From the NCBI GenBank assembly GCA_903873945.1, contig CAIQQM010000291.1, positions 20,386 through 84,385 of the forward strand: a stretch of DNA of 64,000 nucleotides, in the 5' to 3' direction. Every line of letters begins with the position of its first letter. Position 1 is the first letter of the stretch. The notes beneath the pieces were generated by a model, which worked only from the letters and a program-made list of their open reading frames with translations, was not told where the DNA came from and ran no database searches. Below are positions 46,948-57,281 of this stretch, one piece after another. The position numbers were made by a program, and so were the translations under genes. This stretch comes from an uncultured Verrucomicrobiota bacterium (GTDB taxonomy: Bacteria > Verrucomicrobiota > Verrucomicrobiia > Limisphaerales > UBA8199).

Positions 46948-48933
46948 ATGACTAACGCAACCGAAGGCACCGAGCCCTGGAGCATCCAGGATGCCCGCAA
47001 TTTGTATAACATCCACCGCTGGGGGGCGGAATACTTCGACATCAATGAGGCAGGGCACGTCGTCGCAAAGCCGTTGCGGGAAAACGGGGCGTCGGTGGAT
47101 CTGACCGATGTGATCGAGGAGGCCAAGGCCCGCGGGCTGAAATTTCCGGTATTAATTCGTTTTCAGGACATCCTCCGCAACCGAGTGGAGTCGCTCAACC
47201 TTGCGTTTCGCAACGCCATTTCTGAATTTAACTACCAGGGCGGGTATCGCGGGGTTTTCCCCATTAAAGTCAACCAGCTTCGCGAAGTGGTTGAAGAAAT
47301 CCTCGATGCGGGCAAGCCCTACGATTTCGGCCTCGAAGTGGGCAGCAAGCCCGAACTGTTTGCCGGCCTGGCGATGCAGAACCAGATCGGGAGCCTGATC
47401 GTTTGCAACGGTTACAAGGACGCCAGCTTTATTCGCATGGCCCTGCTCGGCACCAAACTGAACAAGAAGGTCATTATGGTGGTCGAGAAGCTGGAAGAGC
47501 TCCGCCAAATCATTGCGATCTCCAAGCAACTCGGGGTCGAACCGCTGATCGGCATCCGCGCGCGGCTATTGAGCCGGGGCGCCGGCAAGTGGGCCGAAAG
47601 CGCCGGTGAAAACGCCAAGTTCGGGCTAAGCACGGCGGAGCTGCTCGCGGCCACAGAAATGCTGAAGGCCGAGAACCTCGCCCATTGCTTCAAGCTCCTT
47701 CATTTTCATATCGGCTCGCAGGTGCCAGATATTCTCATCGTCAAAAAGGCAGTTCAGGAGGCCTCGCGGTTTTACGCAAAACTTTACAAAATGGGATTCC
47801 AGATCGAATTCCTCGATGTGGGCGGGGGGCTGGGGGTGGATTACGACGGCAGCCGGTCCGCGTTTGACAGCTCGACCAATTACACCTTGCAGGAATATGC
47901 CAATGACATCATTTATTACATCGCCGATGTCTGTAATGCGGAGAAGGTTCCCCACCCGACTGTCATCAGCGAAAGCGGCCGCGCGCTCGTGGCGCATCAT
48001 AGCGTACTGATCGTGGAAGTGTTCGGGGCGCTCGAAAAAGCGCGGGGCGCCGAGTGTTCTCAATACGACGAGAACGAGCCCCCACTGGTCAGGGAACTGC
48101 TGGATATCCGGAAAAACCTTCCGAAGTTGAACAAGCTGGAAGCCTACCATGATGCGCTCGAGCGCAAGGAAGATGCCCAGCACATGTTCACGCTCGGGAT
48201 GATGGATCTTCCGGAAAAGGCCAAGATCGAGAACCTCTATTGGGAAATCAGCCGGGCGGTCGTGGACAGTTTCAAGGGCCAGGCTTACATTCCTGAAGAA
48301 ATTCGCCAGCTGGAAGACATCCTCGGGGACCAGTATCTCTGCAATTTCTCCGTGTTCCAGTCGCTGCTCGATCATTGGGCGCTGGGCCAGTTGTTTCCCA
48401 TCATGCCGGTAGGCCGCCTCAACGAGCGACCCACACGCGAAGCTACGCTGGTCGATATCACCTGCGACTCAGACGGCCAGGTTAACAAGTTCGTCGACTT
48501 GCGCGACGTGCGCGACACGCTACCGCTGCACCAGCTCAACACCAACGGCAACGGCCAGTTCGAGCCTTACTATCTGGGCTTTTTCCTAATGGGCGCCTAT
48601 CAGGACATCATGGGCGACCTGCACAATCTTTTCGGGCGCGTAAATGAAGTCCACGTCTTTCTGGAACCGGACGAGCCGGCCGGTTATTACGTCGAAGAAA
48701 TCATTGAGGGCAGCACGATTGTGCAGTGCCTAGCTTCCGTGCAGTACGACGAAAACGAATTAAAGCGACAGATGAAGGCACAAATTGACGAAGCCATCAA
48801 ATCGGACCGGATGAAGCCTTCCGAAGCGATGCGTCTCCTCGATGATTACGAACGCGGGTTGAAAGAATACACCTACCTGAGCTTTGGGAAAACAGAAGGA
48901 AGAATGGAACCGGGCGCTGCCGGCACAGCATGA
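46948..48933 (+). CDS. speA: biosynthetic arginine decarboxylase
   Basis: WSIQDARNLYNIHRWGAEYFDINEAGHV..., FPIKVNQ (PLP Lys), HFHIGSQ, and GGGLGVDYDG are canonical SpeA features. Length is 661 aa. Confidence 0.9.
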   Translation: MTNATEGTEPWSIQDARNLYNIHRWGAEYFDINEAGHVVAKPLRENGASVDLTDVIEEAKARGLKFPVLIRFQDILRNRVESLNLAFRNAISEFNYQGGYRGVFPIKVNQLREVVEEILDAGKPYDFGLEVGSKPELFAGLAMQNQIGSLIVCNGYKDASFIRMALLGTKLNKKVIMVVEKLEELRQIIAISKQLGVEPLIGIRARLLSRGAGKWAESAGENAKFGLSTAELLAATEMLKAENLAHCFKLLHFHIGSQVPDILIVKKAVQEASRFYAKLYKMGFQIEFLDVGGGLGVDYDGSRSAFDSSTNYTLQEYANDIIYYIADVCNAEKVPHPTVISESGRALVAHHSVLIVEVFGALEKARGAECSQYDENEPPLVRELLDIRKNLPKLNKLEAYHDALERKEDAQHMFTLGMMDLPEKAKIENLYWEISRAVVDSFKGQAYIPEEIRQLEDILGDQYLCNFSVFQSLLDHWALGQLFPIMPVGRLNERPTREATLVDITCDSDGQVNKFVDLRDVRDTLPLHQLNTNGNGQFEPYYLGFFLMGAYQDIMGDLHNLFGRVNEVHVFLEPDEPAGYYVEEIIEGSTIVQCLASVQYDENELKRQMKAQIDEAIKSDRMKPSEAMRLLDDYERGLKEYTYLSFGKTEGRMEPGAAGTA

Positions 48934-48975
48934 GCGCGTGTCCGCGGCTGGTTCTCCGCATTTCATCTTTTTACC

Positions 48976-49659
48976 ATGCCTGAATCGGTTCCCAGCACCG
49001 AACTCCTGCACTCGCTTGGCCGGCTTGTGCGCGGGCTGTCTGCTTTGTTCTGGGGATTGCCCATAACACTGGTCGTATGTTTTCATACAGCCAAAGCCGG
49101 GCCGTTGAACTCGTTTGGCATCGTGCTGCCCCTAGTTCCCGCCGGGGTACTGGTTTACGCTCTCTGGCAACTTGGCGATTTCCAGAAACAAGAACGGGTC
49201 TGGCGCAATGCACTCGACCGCGCCAGGCTTCTGGCTCTGATCGACTTTAGCTTGTGCCCGTTTCTTTATTGGTGGAACAAAATTCCCGACAACGGCTTTT
49301 TTGCGACCATGGTGGTTTTGCTGATGTTCTCGGCTCTATTGTTTCTCGGCAGCTTGAATTTGGTTTTACAGCGGCTTGGCGCCATGCTGCCGGATGAAGC
49401 ATTGCGGCTGGAAACCAAACAGTTCACTGCTCTGAATCTCAATTTGCTGTTTGTGACCTTCGTCCTGGCGGCGCTTTATTTTGGACTCCGCAAGGTTCAA
49501 GTATTGCCGCTTTGGCTAAACGTGGTCATGGAATTCATAGAGCGGGGCAATATTTGGTTTTTGGTCGTGTTAGTCCTACTGCCTCTGGCCATGACCATGG
49601 CACTCTTGTGGAAAACCAAGGAAGTGATCCTCGACAATGTTTTTGGAGCCAAGCGGTAA
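48976..49659 (+). CDS. hypothetical polytopic membrane protein
   Basis: About six hydrophobic helices. No family recognised. Confidence 0.5.
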   Translation: MPESVPSTELLHSLGRLVRGLSALFWGLPITLVVCFHTAKAGPLNSFGIVLPLVPAGVLVYALWQLGDFQKQERVWRNALDRARLLALIDFSLCPFLYWWNKIPDNGFFATMVVLLMFSALLFLGSLNLVLQRLGAMLPDEALRLETKQFTALNLNLLFVTFVLAALYFGLRKVQVLPLWLNVVMEFIERGNIWFLVVLVLLPLAMTMALLWKTKEVILDNVFGAKR

Positions 49660-49749
49660 TTGACCGCACTCCGTTCGTCGTGGCGGCACACGTATCTCGA
49701 GGGGGATCTGCGCGTTACCTGGCGTTACATGCTGGCAGACTCTTCAATT

Positions 49750-50916
49750 TCAATTCACCAACCGATACCAGTTGTCCCGCTGATGCGGCTCGTAACCAAG
49801 TTCCGAGATCAGCCGCCGCATATCGCCGACCGCCATGCGAAAGGACGTTCCGGCCTGCGACACCACATTCTCCTCAATCATGATGCTGCCGAGATCGTTC
49901 GCGCCGTAATTCAATGCCACCTGGCCGATTTCCTGCCCTTGCGTCACCCAGGAGCTTTGAACGCTTGGGAAGTTATCCAGGTAAATACGGGAGAGAGCTT
50001 GCGTGCGCAGATATTCGTGCGCGCCCACCGTCGGCGCGCGCAATTTTGTGTGCTCAGCCTGGAACGTCCAACAAATAAACGCAGTAAAGCCCGCCGGGTG
50101 CACCGCCACCTCACTCCCAGGGGAATAGCCGGCCTGGGAACAGGGAACACGCCCGCTAGCGCCGGACCTGCTCTTGTCCTGCTGCGCGCGCACACGCTCG
50201 AGATGCTCTATCCTGTCTTCCACTGTCTCGACGTGACCAAACATCATAGTTGCCGACGAGCTCAGCCCCAGCCGATGCGCCACGTCCATGACCTCCAGCC
50301 AATCGTCGGTCATCGCCTTAAGGGGAGATATCCGCCGACGCACGCGGTCCACCAGAATCTCTCCGCCGCCGCCCGGGATTGATCCAAGCCCCGCTTGCAT
50401 AAACTTCAAGATGATTTCTTCCAACGGGAGCTGAAAGACCTCGCGGAAATGCACGAATTCACTGGGGCTGAAGGCGTGAAGGTTGACCTGGTGGAATTTG
50501 CCTTTGATATGCGATAACAGATCCAAATACCACTGCAGCGTCAACTTTGGATGGTGCCCGCCCTGCAGTAAAATCTGCGTGCCGCCCAATTCAATCGTCT
50601 CCTCGATTTTTCTATCTATCTCGTCGAAGGTAATGACATACGCATCGGCGTCTCTTTCGGTGCGGTAGAAAGCGCAGAACTTGCAATAGACGTTGCAGAT
50701 GTTTGTGTAGTTGATGTTGCGGTCGACAATGTAGGTAACGATCCGGTTGCCGCGACCGCCGTATGCCGACTTCCGGGCAAGTTGGCGCCGCCGGTCCGCC
50801 AAGGCGCCGAGTTCTTCGATGGGCAGATGATAAAGCCGCAGGGCTTCGGCTTGAGCGATGCGCCCGCCGTCCCAAACTTTTTGCATCAACTCGTCCAGTG
50901 ACGCGTCGCAGATCAC
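49750..50916 (-). CDS. futalosine-pathway radical SAM enzyme (MqnC/MqnE family; MqnC-like)
   Basis: IVDRNINYTNICNVYCKFCAFYR (CX3CX2C), LLQGGHHP, FTAFICWTFQ. The MqnC versus MqnE assignment is not resolved. GTG start at 50916, or alternatively the ATG at 50886. Confidence 0.8.
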   Translation of the reverse strand: MICDASLDELMQKVWDGGRIAQAEALRLYHLPIEELGALADRRRQLARKSAYGGRGNRIVTYIVDRNINYTNICNVYCKFCAFYRTERDADAYVITFDEIDRKIEETIELGGTQILLQGGHHPKLTLQWYLDLLSHIKGKFHQVNLHAFSPSEFVHFREVFQLPLEEIILKFMQAGLGSIPGGGGEILVDRVRRRISPLKAMTDDWLEVMDVAHRLGLSSSATMMFGHVETVEDRIEHLERVRAQQDKSRSGASGRVPCSQAGYSPGSEVAVHPAGFTAFICWTFQAEHTKLRAPTVGAHEYLRTQALSRIYLDNFPSVQSSWVTQGQEIGQVALNYGANDLGSIMIEENVVSQAGTSFRMAVGDMRRLISELGYEPHQRDNWYRLVN

Positions 50917-50952
50917 CTTTTGAACGTAGCGGAGATCGGGGGCTGAGACAAA

Positions 50953-51675
50953 CTAAGTAAACATTGCGGATTTTTGAAACGGCACGACCTGCGGCGCCTG
51001 ACGCAAATGCGTCAGGGCATACAACATCAGGTAGGCGATGAACAGGAAGGCGGCGAACAGCACTGGAAAGGCCAGCGAGGTGGGCTGGGACACGGGGTTA
51101 GAAACCCAATGGCCAACACCACGATACAGCGCCACCGGCTTAAAAAAGATGTCCCAACTGTTGAAACGCAAAAAGCGGCCCAAATAGATCCCGACCCCAC
51201 ACAACGCCGCGACGACAGCGATGAAGCCCCAACTCGCCGCGCGACCGAACATGCGCGTAACAACCGTTTGCATCAGGTACAGCGACACGAAACCCAACAC
51301 AAACCCTGTAAACGCGCACAGGAGAACTAACACCATATCCACCCAAAAATGGGCGTAGAAGGAGGCCGTAAGGTGGATTACGTCTGTAAAGATATAGGGG
51401 GCGTTTGGGAAAAAGAGCAGCCATGCGCCCGCCAGACAATAAAAACGCCAATTCCGACTCGCCCGGTTCTGGAAATTATCGCTGGCCAGCAGCGCAAAGA
51501 TCAGCGGCAACCAAGCAAGGGTCAGGTTCCAGATGAGAAAGCCGTAATGGATATTGCCAGTGTAGATGATGCGCCCCAAGGCCAGAGCCATGCAAACGGC
51601 GGATGAAAGCATTAAAGCGAGCATCGGCATGGCGATCTCGCGCTTAAAAGCGAGTTTGAGCAATTGCATAAGCAC
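50953..51675 (-). CDS. DUF1361-like polytopic membrane protein
   Basis: Six or seven TM helices with FLIWNLTLAWLPLIFA and FFPNAPYIFTDVIHL, which resemble DUF1361. Confidence 0.55.
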   Translation of the reverse strand: MLMQLLKLAFKREIAMPMLALMLSSAVCMALALGRIIYTGNIHYGFLIWNLTLAWLPLIFALLASDNFQNRASRNWRFYCLAGAWLLFFPNAPYIFTDVIHLTASFYAHFWVDMVLVLLCAFTGFVLGFVSLYLMQTVVTRMFGRAASWGFIAVVAALCGVGIYLGRFLRFNSWDIFFKPVALYRGVGHWVSNPVSQPTSLAFPVLFAAFLFIAYLMLYALTHLRQAPQVVPFQKSAMFT

Positions 51676-51713
51676 TGTTCTTTAGACCTGTTTTATCCGC
51701 GCCTTGCTCAATC

Positions 51714-51739
51714 AATAATTGATTTGGTTTAGAATTATT
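51714..51739. promoter_or_regulatory. AT-rich inverted repeat (AATAATT-N12-AATTATT), candidate Fur-family operator
   Basis: A perfect 7-bp inverted repeat read directly from the sequence, 46 nt upstream of the fur-family start codon in the divergent intergenic region. Confidence 0.3.
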
Positions 51740-51784
51740 CCAAATATTGACGTCGGCACCAACTGCGGTTAGCTTCCCGGTGTC

Positions 51785-52219
51785 ATGCGTTCGGCCCAAA
51801 AACAGAAATTAAGCGACAGTCTGAGCCATCAACTGGCAACGTGCGGTTTTCGTTTTACTCCGCAGCGCCAGCACGTTTATTCTGTGCTGCTGGGAAAACT
51901 CGATCATCCGACGGCTGAGGAAGTTTTTATCCGGGCCAAGCGGGAACTGCCGGACATCTCCATGGCGACGGTCTATAATTGCCTGGATGCGCTGGTGAAA
52001 TGCGGATTGGCGCGGCAAGTCAGCCTGGCCCGCGGCGCGACGCGTTTCTGCCCGAACATGAAGAATCACTGTCATTTTTATTGCGACACTTGTGAGAGTG
52101 TTTTTGATGTCAACCTGCCCGCCGAGCCGGGGATCGCGCTCCCGGAGGGATTTAAGGCTGCGCACTATGACATCGCCATTCACGGGCGCTGCCCGGCCTG
52201 CGCTAACGGAGGGAAATAG
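51785..52219 (+). CDS. Fur-family metalloregulator
   Basis: FRFTPQRQHVYSVLL...HPTAEEVF...ISMATVYNCLDALVKCGL (winged helix), plus the two CxxC pairs (CDTC, CPAC) of the structural Zn site. Confidence 0.85.
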   Translation: MRSAQKQKLSDSLSHQLATCGFRFTPQRQHVYSVLLGKLDHPTAEEVFIRAKRELPDISMATVYNCLDALVKCGLARQVSLARGATRFCPNMKNHCHFYCDTCESVFDVNLPAEPGIALPEGFKAAHYDIAIHGRCPACANGGK

Positions 52220-52276
52220 CCGGGAAATCACCCGGCCGCTGAATGGATATTTCAGTTTAAACTTTGAACAAACGGG

Positions 52277-53725
52277 ATGAGCACTGCGACCGAGACAATT
52301 GAGAGTTTGGTCCGAAAGGAATACAAATATGGCTTCTACACGGACGTCGAGACGGACTCCGCGCCGCCGGGACTGAGCGAGGATATTGTCCGCCTGATTT
52401 CGGCGAAGAAAAACGAGCCGGCGTTCATGCTGGAATGGCGGCTTAAGGCCTACAGGCACTGGCTGACCCTAGAGGAGCCAAAGTGGCCACATGTTCACTA
52501 CCCACCCATTGATTATCAAAATGCCGTCTATTATTCGGCGCCGAAAAAGAAGGGCGCGGGACCGAAAAGCCTCGATGAGGTGGATCCCAAGCTGCTGGAG
52601 ACCTACGAAAAACTCGGCATTCCCCTGCAGGAGCGCGCGCGCCTGGCCGGTGTGGCGGTAGATGCGGTGTTCGACAGTGTTTCTGTGGGCACCACATTCA
52701 AGGAAAAACTGGCTGAACGCGGAATTATCTTCTGCTCCTTCACGGACGCAGTCCACGACCATCCGGACCTAGTCAAAAAGCATCTTGGTTTGGTTGTGCC
52801 CTACACGGACAACTTTTTTGCGGCGCTCAACTCAGCCGTGTTTAGCGATGGCTCGTTCTGTTTCATCCCGAAAGGCGTGCGGTGTCCGATGGAGCTATCC
52901 ACTTACTTCCGCATCAACGCCGCCAACACCGGCCAGTTCGAACGCACGCTCATCATCGCCGAGGAAGGCGCTTCGGTCAGCTACCTCGAGGGCTGCACCG
53001 CCCCGATGCGCGACGAACATCAGTTGCACGCCGCCGTGGTTGAATTGATTGCGCTAGACCATGCGCAGATCAAGTACTCGACAGTGCAGAATTGGTACCC
53101 GGGCGATGAGCAGGGCCGAGGTGGAATTTATAATTTCGTCACCAAACGCGGTTTGTGCAAAGGCAGGAACTCCAAGATCTCGTGGACGCAGGTAGAAACC
53201 GGTTCCGCCATCACCTGGAAGTACCCGAGCTGTATTTTGCTCGGAGACAATTCCATCGGTGAGTTCTACTCAGTCGCCGTGACGAACAATTACCAGCAGG
53301 CGGACACCGGCACCAAGATGGTCCATATCGGCAAGAACACCCGCAGCACGATTGTGTCCAAAGGCATCGCCGCCGGTCATGGTCAAAACAGCTATCGCGG
53401 CCTGGTCAAGGTCCAGAAAACCGCCACAAATGCGCGTAATTTTTCCCAATGCGATTCTCTATTGCTCGGCGACCAATGCGGCGCCCATACTTTTCCTTAC
53501 ATCGAGGTGAAGAACACCTCGTCCCGCGTGGAACACGAGGCTTCGACCTCGAAAATCGGCGAGGATCAAATTTTTTACTGCAACCAGCGCGGGCTTTCCA
53601 CACAGGACGCCGTCAATATGATCGTCAACGGTTTTTGCAAGGAAGTCTTTCGTGAATTGCCGATGGAATTCGCGGTTGAAGCGCAAAAATTACTCGGGGT
53701 GAGCCTGGAAGGCAGCGTCGGCTGA
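52277..53725 (+). CDS. sufB: Fe-S cluster assembly scaffold SufB
   Basis: 482 aa with KEYKYGF near the N-terminus, then ...[23 protein letters not shown]...QNWYPG...[16 protein letters not shown]... as in canonical SufB. Confidence 0.9.
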   Translation: MSTATETIESLVRKEYKYGFYTDVETDSAPPGLSEDIVRLISAKKNEPAFMLEWRLKAYRHWLTLEEPKWPHVHYPPIDYQNAVYYSAPKKKGAGPKSLDEVDPKLLETYEKLGIPLQERARLAGVAVDAVFDSVSVGTTFKEKLAERGIIFCSFTDAVHDHPDLVKKHLGLVVPYTDNFFAALNSAVFSDGSFCFIPKGVRCPMELSTYFRINAANTGQFERTLIIAEEGASVSYLEGCTAPMRDEHQLHAAVVELIALDHAQIKYSTVQNWYPGDEQGRGGIYNFVTKRGLCKGRNSKISWTQVETGSAITWKYPSCILLGDNSIGEFYSVAVTNNYQQADTGTKMVHIGKNTRSTIVSKGIAAGHGQNSYRGLVKVQKTATNARNFSQCDSLLLGDQCGAHTFPYIEVKNTSSRVEHEASTSKIGEDQIFYCNQRGLSTQDAVNMIVNGFCKEVFRELPMEFAVEAQKLLGVSLEGSVG

Positions 53726-53776
53726 ACGCTCGCCACCCACACCCAAACGCTGTGTGCCCAAATAACGACTTGAAAA

Positions 53777-54547
53777 ATGAAACATCCTCTTCTGGAAATC
53801 AGAGACCTGAACGCCGGCGTTGAGAACAAGCAGATCCTTAAAGGCATCAACCTGACGATAAAGGTTGGCGAAGTCCACGCGATCATGGGACCTAACGGCA
53901 GCGGCAAGAGCACCCTCGCCGCGATTCTGGCCGGCCGCGAAGGTTACAAGGTCACCGCCGGCCGAGTCCTTTACGATGGCAAGGATTTGCTCGAACTTGA
54001 TCCCGAGGAGCGCGCCCGCGAGGGGCTCTTCCTCGCTTTCCAATATCCGGTCGAAATCCCGGGCGTAAACAGCACGTATTTTTTGAAGTCCGCCCTGAAC
54101 GAAGTGCGCAAACACAAAGGCCAGCCCGAGCTTGATGCGATCGAGTTTCTGGAATTGGTCAAGAAGAGAATGAAAGTGCTCGAGTTGAATGACGACCTTT
54201 TGCGCCGCTCAGTCAACGAGGGTTTTTCCGGCGGGGAGAAAAAGCGCAATGAGATCTTCCAAATGGCGGTGCTCGAGCCCAGGCTCGCCATCCTCGATGA
54301 AACGGATTCCGGGCTCGATATTGACGCGCTCCGGATCGTCTCGACCGGCGTCAACCGGTTGCGCCGCGCGGACAACGCGCAACTGGTAATCACCCATTAC
54401 CAGCGGCTGCTTAATTACATCGTTCCGGATTTCGTCCACGTCCTTGTGGATGGCCGGATCGTCCGCACCGGCGGCAAGCAACTTGCCCTCGACTTGGAGG
54501 AAAAGGGCTACGATTGGCTCAGCAAAGAAGAAGCGGAGCCTGCATAA
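53777..54547 (+). CDS. sufC: Fe-S cluster assembly ATPase SufC
   Basis: Walker A GPNGSGKST, ABC signature FSGGEKKRNE, Walker B LAILDETDSGLD. Confidence 0.9.
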   Translation: MKHPLLEIRDLNAGVENKQILKGINLTIKVGEVHAIMGPNGSGKSTLAAILAGREGYKVTAGRVLYDGKDLLELDPEERAREGLFLAFQYPVEIPGVNSTYFLKSALNEVRKHKGQPELDAIEFLELVKKRMKVLELNDDLLRRSVNEGFSGGEKKRNEIFQMAVLEPRLAILDETDSGLDIDALRIVSTGVNRLRRADNAQLVITHYQRLLNYIVPDFVHVLVDGRIVRTGGKQLALDLEEKGYDWLSKEEAEPA

Positions 54548-54650
54548 GCCCGTTCGCTGAAGCCGCTCCGGAAGTAAATCGCTTTCAGTTACCGGGATCA
54601 GAGCGCGGGCAGCTTGCTTTGAGCACTTGCGCTGGTTAGTTTGGCGTTGA

Positions 54651-55775
54651 ATGCGGCTGCTCGACCGTTACCTTTTGCGCGAATTGCTAGTCCCGCTTGG
54701 CTACTGCCTTTGCGGCTTTTTGATTTTTTGGATTTTCTCTGACCTCTTCAACGAGTTAGGCGAGTTTCAGAGGAAAAAACTCCTGATCAGCGACGTTGGT
54801 GAATATTACCTGATTACAACACCGGGATTTCTCGTCGTCGTGCTTCCCATCGCGCTCTTGCTGGCTCTGCTTTACACCCTGACCACCCACGCGCGCCACC
54901 ACGAAATCACCGCGATCCGGGCGGCGGGCGTCAGTCTCTGGCGGTTGAGCGCTCCCTACTTTGCTTGCGGGCTTGTCGCCAGCTCGCTTTTGTTCATTGT
55001 CAACGAATTCTGGGTGCCGGATAGCGCAGAGGCCGCGGAACAGGTCAAAAGTCGCCACCAACCACGCGCGCCTGACGCGCCCGGACGAAATCAGGTCCGT
55101 GAGCTGGCTTTCAAGAACGAAGCGGCCGGGCGCATGTGGCGCATTGGAACGTATAACTTCGAAACCGGGGAGATGACCAACCCGGAAGTGTTCTGGACGG
55201 AGGCGGACGGCTCGCCGCGCTGGCTCAGGGCCTCCCATGCTCTCCGAAGAGCTGGCGCCTGGACGTTCTACAACGTCCGGGAATGGAAGGAACCGCCGGG
55301 AACAAGTTCGCTTTTGGCGCCTTGGCTGCAAACGAACCTACTGGTAATCCCGGAGTTTTCCGAAACACCCGAGCAAATCAAAAGCGAGATCAAAATCAGC
55401 AACAGCATCACCCTGCGAGGCGCGAAAAAGGCTGATATTCCGCTCGTTGAAATACTGAACTACCTGCGCTTGCATCCAAGGCCGTCATCCTCGAACGCGT
55501 CCTGGCTGCATACGAAATTCCAGGGCCGGCTGGCAGCGCCCTGGACCTGTCTCGTGGTCGTACTGATTGCAATCCCCTTCGGAGCGGCTTCCGGCCGGCG
55601 CAATGTCTTCGTGGGCGTGGCGAGCAGTATTTTGATTTGTTTCATCTATTTTATCCTGCAGCAACTCGGCCTTGCTCTCGGAACCGGCGGTTACGTGCCG
55701 CCCTGGCTGGCGGCGTGGTTTCCCAACCTGTCGTTCGGGATAGCGGGACTCTGGATGACGGCACGGGTCAGATAA
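54651..55775 (+). CDS. LptF/LptG-family LPS export permease
   Basis: MRLLDRYLLRELLVPLGYCLCGFLIFW... is the YjgP/YjgQ N-terminus. Topology is three TM segments, a periplasmic beta-jellyroll region, then three TM segments. Confidence 0.8.
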   Translation: MRLLDRYLLRELLVPLGYCLCGFLIFWIFSDLFNELGEFQRKKLLISDVGEYYLITTPGFLVVVLPIALLLALLYTLTTHARHHEITAIRAAGVSLWRLSAPYFACGLVASSLLFIVNEFWVPDSAEAAEQVKSRHQPRAPDAPGRNQVRELAFKNEAAGRMWRIGTYNFETGEMTNPEVFWTEADGSPRWLRASHALRRAGAWTFYNVREWKEPPGTSSLLAPWLQTNLLVIPEFSETPEQIKSEIKISNSITLRGAKKADIPLVEILNYLRLHPRPSSSNASWLHTKFQGRLAAPWTCLVVVLIAIPFGAASGRRNVFVGVASSILICFIYFILQQLGLALGTGGYVPPWLAAWFPNLSFGIAGLWMTARVR

Positions 55776-55964
55776 GTTCTGAAACTGCCTCTGAATGCGG
55801 CCGAGGCAATGCCTGATGGCGGCGCGCCGACCATCACCTCACGCCCCATCCGAATGCTGCCTGAATTTCTAATGCAGCTTGTCATCCAACAGGCTGAAGG
55901 GGTAGTTTTGTGCCCGTTGTAGACACACAAGAGAATTCGTAAACATTGCCGCCAGCTTTCGACC

Positions 55965-57245
55965 ATGACACGCAAGCACACTTCGTCCAAGCCAGCTATT
56001 TCAGTCATGGTATTGGGTGTTGGCGCGTTCGCCCATAGCACCGCGCAGATTCTCAAAGACGCCGGGGTGAGCGTCGCGACCTACCTCACGCGAAATTACG
56101 GTCATTATCCGCCTTCCCTGGCCGGACCGGTCTACAGCCAGGAACAATTTCCATCTCCTTGTCCGCTGCTCAAGGAGAAGGCTGTGGATCTCGTGGTCCC
56201 CATGTCCATCGACTGGGCACAAGCCCCCTGGAAAGACGAATTGCTCAGCCTGGGGATCCCAATCTTTTGCCCCACCCATGAAGGCATGAGGATCGAGCGG
56301 GAACGGGATTTTGCCCGCCAGCTTTGTCAGCGGTTCAAGATTCCATTTCCACAGTCTCACGTGGCGCGCAACCGTTTGGAAGCCGAGGAAATTCTGGGGA
56401 AATACCCCCGGGCCTTTGTCATCAAGAACCCCTTGTGCTCGCCGACCAGCCCGGTGCATACGGTGTTGTGTGAATCACTGGCGGACACCCGCTCATGGCT
56501 CAAGCATGTCAATTACGCGGAGGGCGTTTTTTTGCAGGAATACCTCGGCCCGCGCGAGGCCGGACACATCGCCCTAGTCAGCGGCGGGGAAATTTGCTCG
56601 CTCGTGACCAACCAGGAATACAAACGCGCTTTCGCCGGCAACATGGGGATTGTCGCCGGCGCTCCGCTCGGCGGCCTCGTCGAGTGGGATCCGGCGGACA
56701 AATACGGGCTCGCGCGAGAATTGATCCATCCCCTACTGCCCTGGTTCCGCGAGGTGAAATATCACGGCCCGATCCAAGTGACCGCCGTGCAGCGAAACGG
56801 GAAATGGCATGTCATTGAGTACAATATCCGAATTGGCGTCACTTCCGGAGCGATGCTTTTACGCATGCTCGCCAACCCGATTGAAACGCTGCTCCAAACC
56901 GGGCGAGACGAGAAACTCGCTCCCCGATTCGTAAAGAACCTTAATTTCGGGTGTTCGGTCACTTTGGCCGGGTATGCCTATCCCCACGTCCAGGTTCGCG
57001 GACCTCAATTGCCGGTGGAGGTCGGGGGATCTTTCAGTTGCGACGTCTGGTGGAACGAGGTCGCGCGCGACGGAAATGACTCGCTCGTGTCCACCGGCCA
57101 TCGTATCGCCGATGTAATCGCATTTGGCTCCGTACTGGACGAAGCTATTGCCAAAGCCTACGCGAACATCCGCAAAATCCGCAGCCTCGGCAGCTATTAT
57201 CGTGAAGATATTGGCCGGAGCCTCTGGCCGCCCGGAAACCCTTGA
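55965..57245 (+). CDS. divergent PurD-like (phosphoribosylamine-glycine ligase fold) ATP-grasp ligase
   Basis: Co-linear with PurD N/A/C domains: ERERDFARQLCQRFKIPFP, FVIK, LQEYLGPREAGHIALVSGG, IEYNIRIG, GHRIADVIAFGSVLDEAIAKAYANIRKI. The Gly-rich PurD loops are altered: GVGAFAHS for GSGGREHA, and AGNMGIVAGAPLGG for GDxGPNTGGMG. Confidence 0.7.
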   Translation: MTRKHTSSKPAISVMVLGVGAFAHSTAQILKDAGVSVATYLTRNYGHYPPSLAGPVYSQEQFPSPCPLLKEKAVDLVVPMSIDWAQAPWKDELLSLGIPIFCPTHEGMRIERERDFARQLCQRFKIPFPQSHVARNRLEAEEILGKYPRAFVIKNPLCSPTSPVHTVLCESLADTRSWLKHVNYAEGVFLQEYLGPREAGHIALVSGGEICSLVTNQEYKRAFAGNMGIVAGAPLGGLVEWDPADKYGLARELIHPLLPWFREVKYHGPIQVTAVQRNGKWHVIEYNIRIGVTSGAMLLRMLANPIETLLQTGRDEKLAPRFVKNLNFGCSVTLAGYAYPHVQVRGPQLPVEVGGSFSCDVWWNEVARDGNDSLVSTGHRIADVIAFGSVLDEAIAKAYANIRKIRSLGSYYREDIGRSLWPPGNP

Positions 57246-57281
57246 AATAATTTAACCCCATCCGCCTAAACGAGCTCTGAA

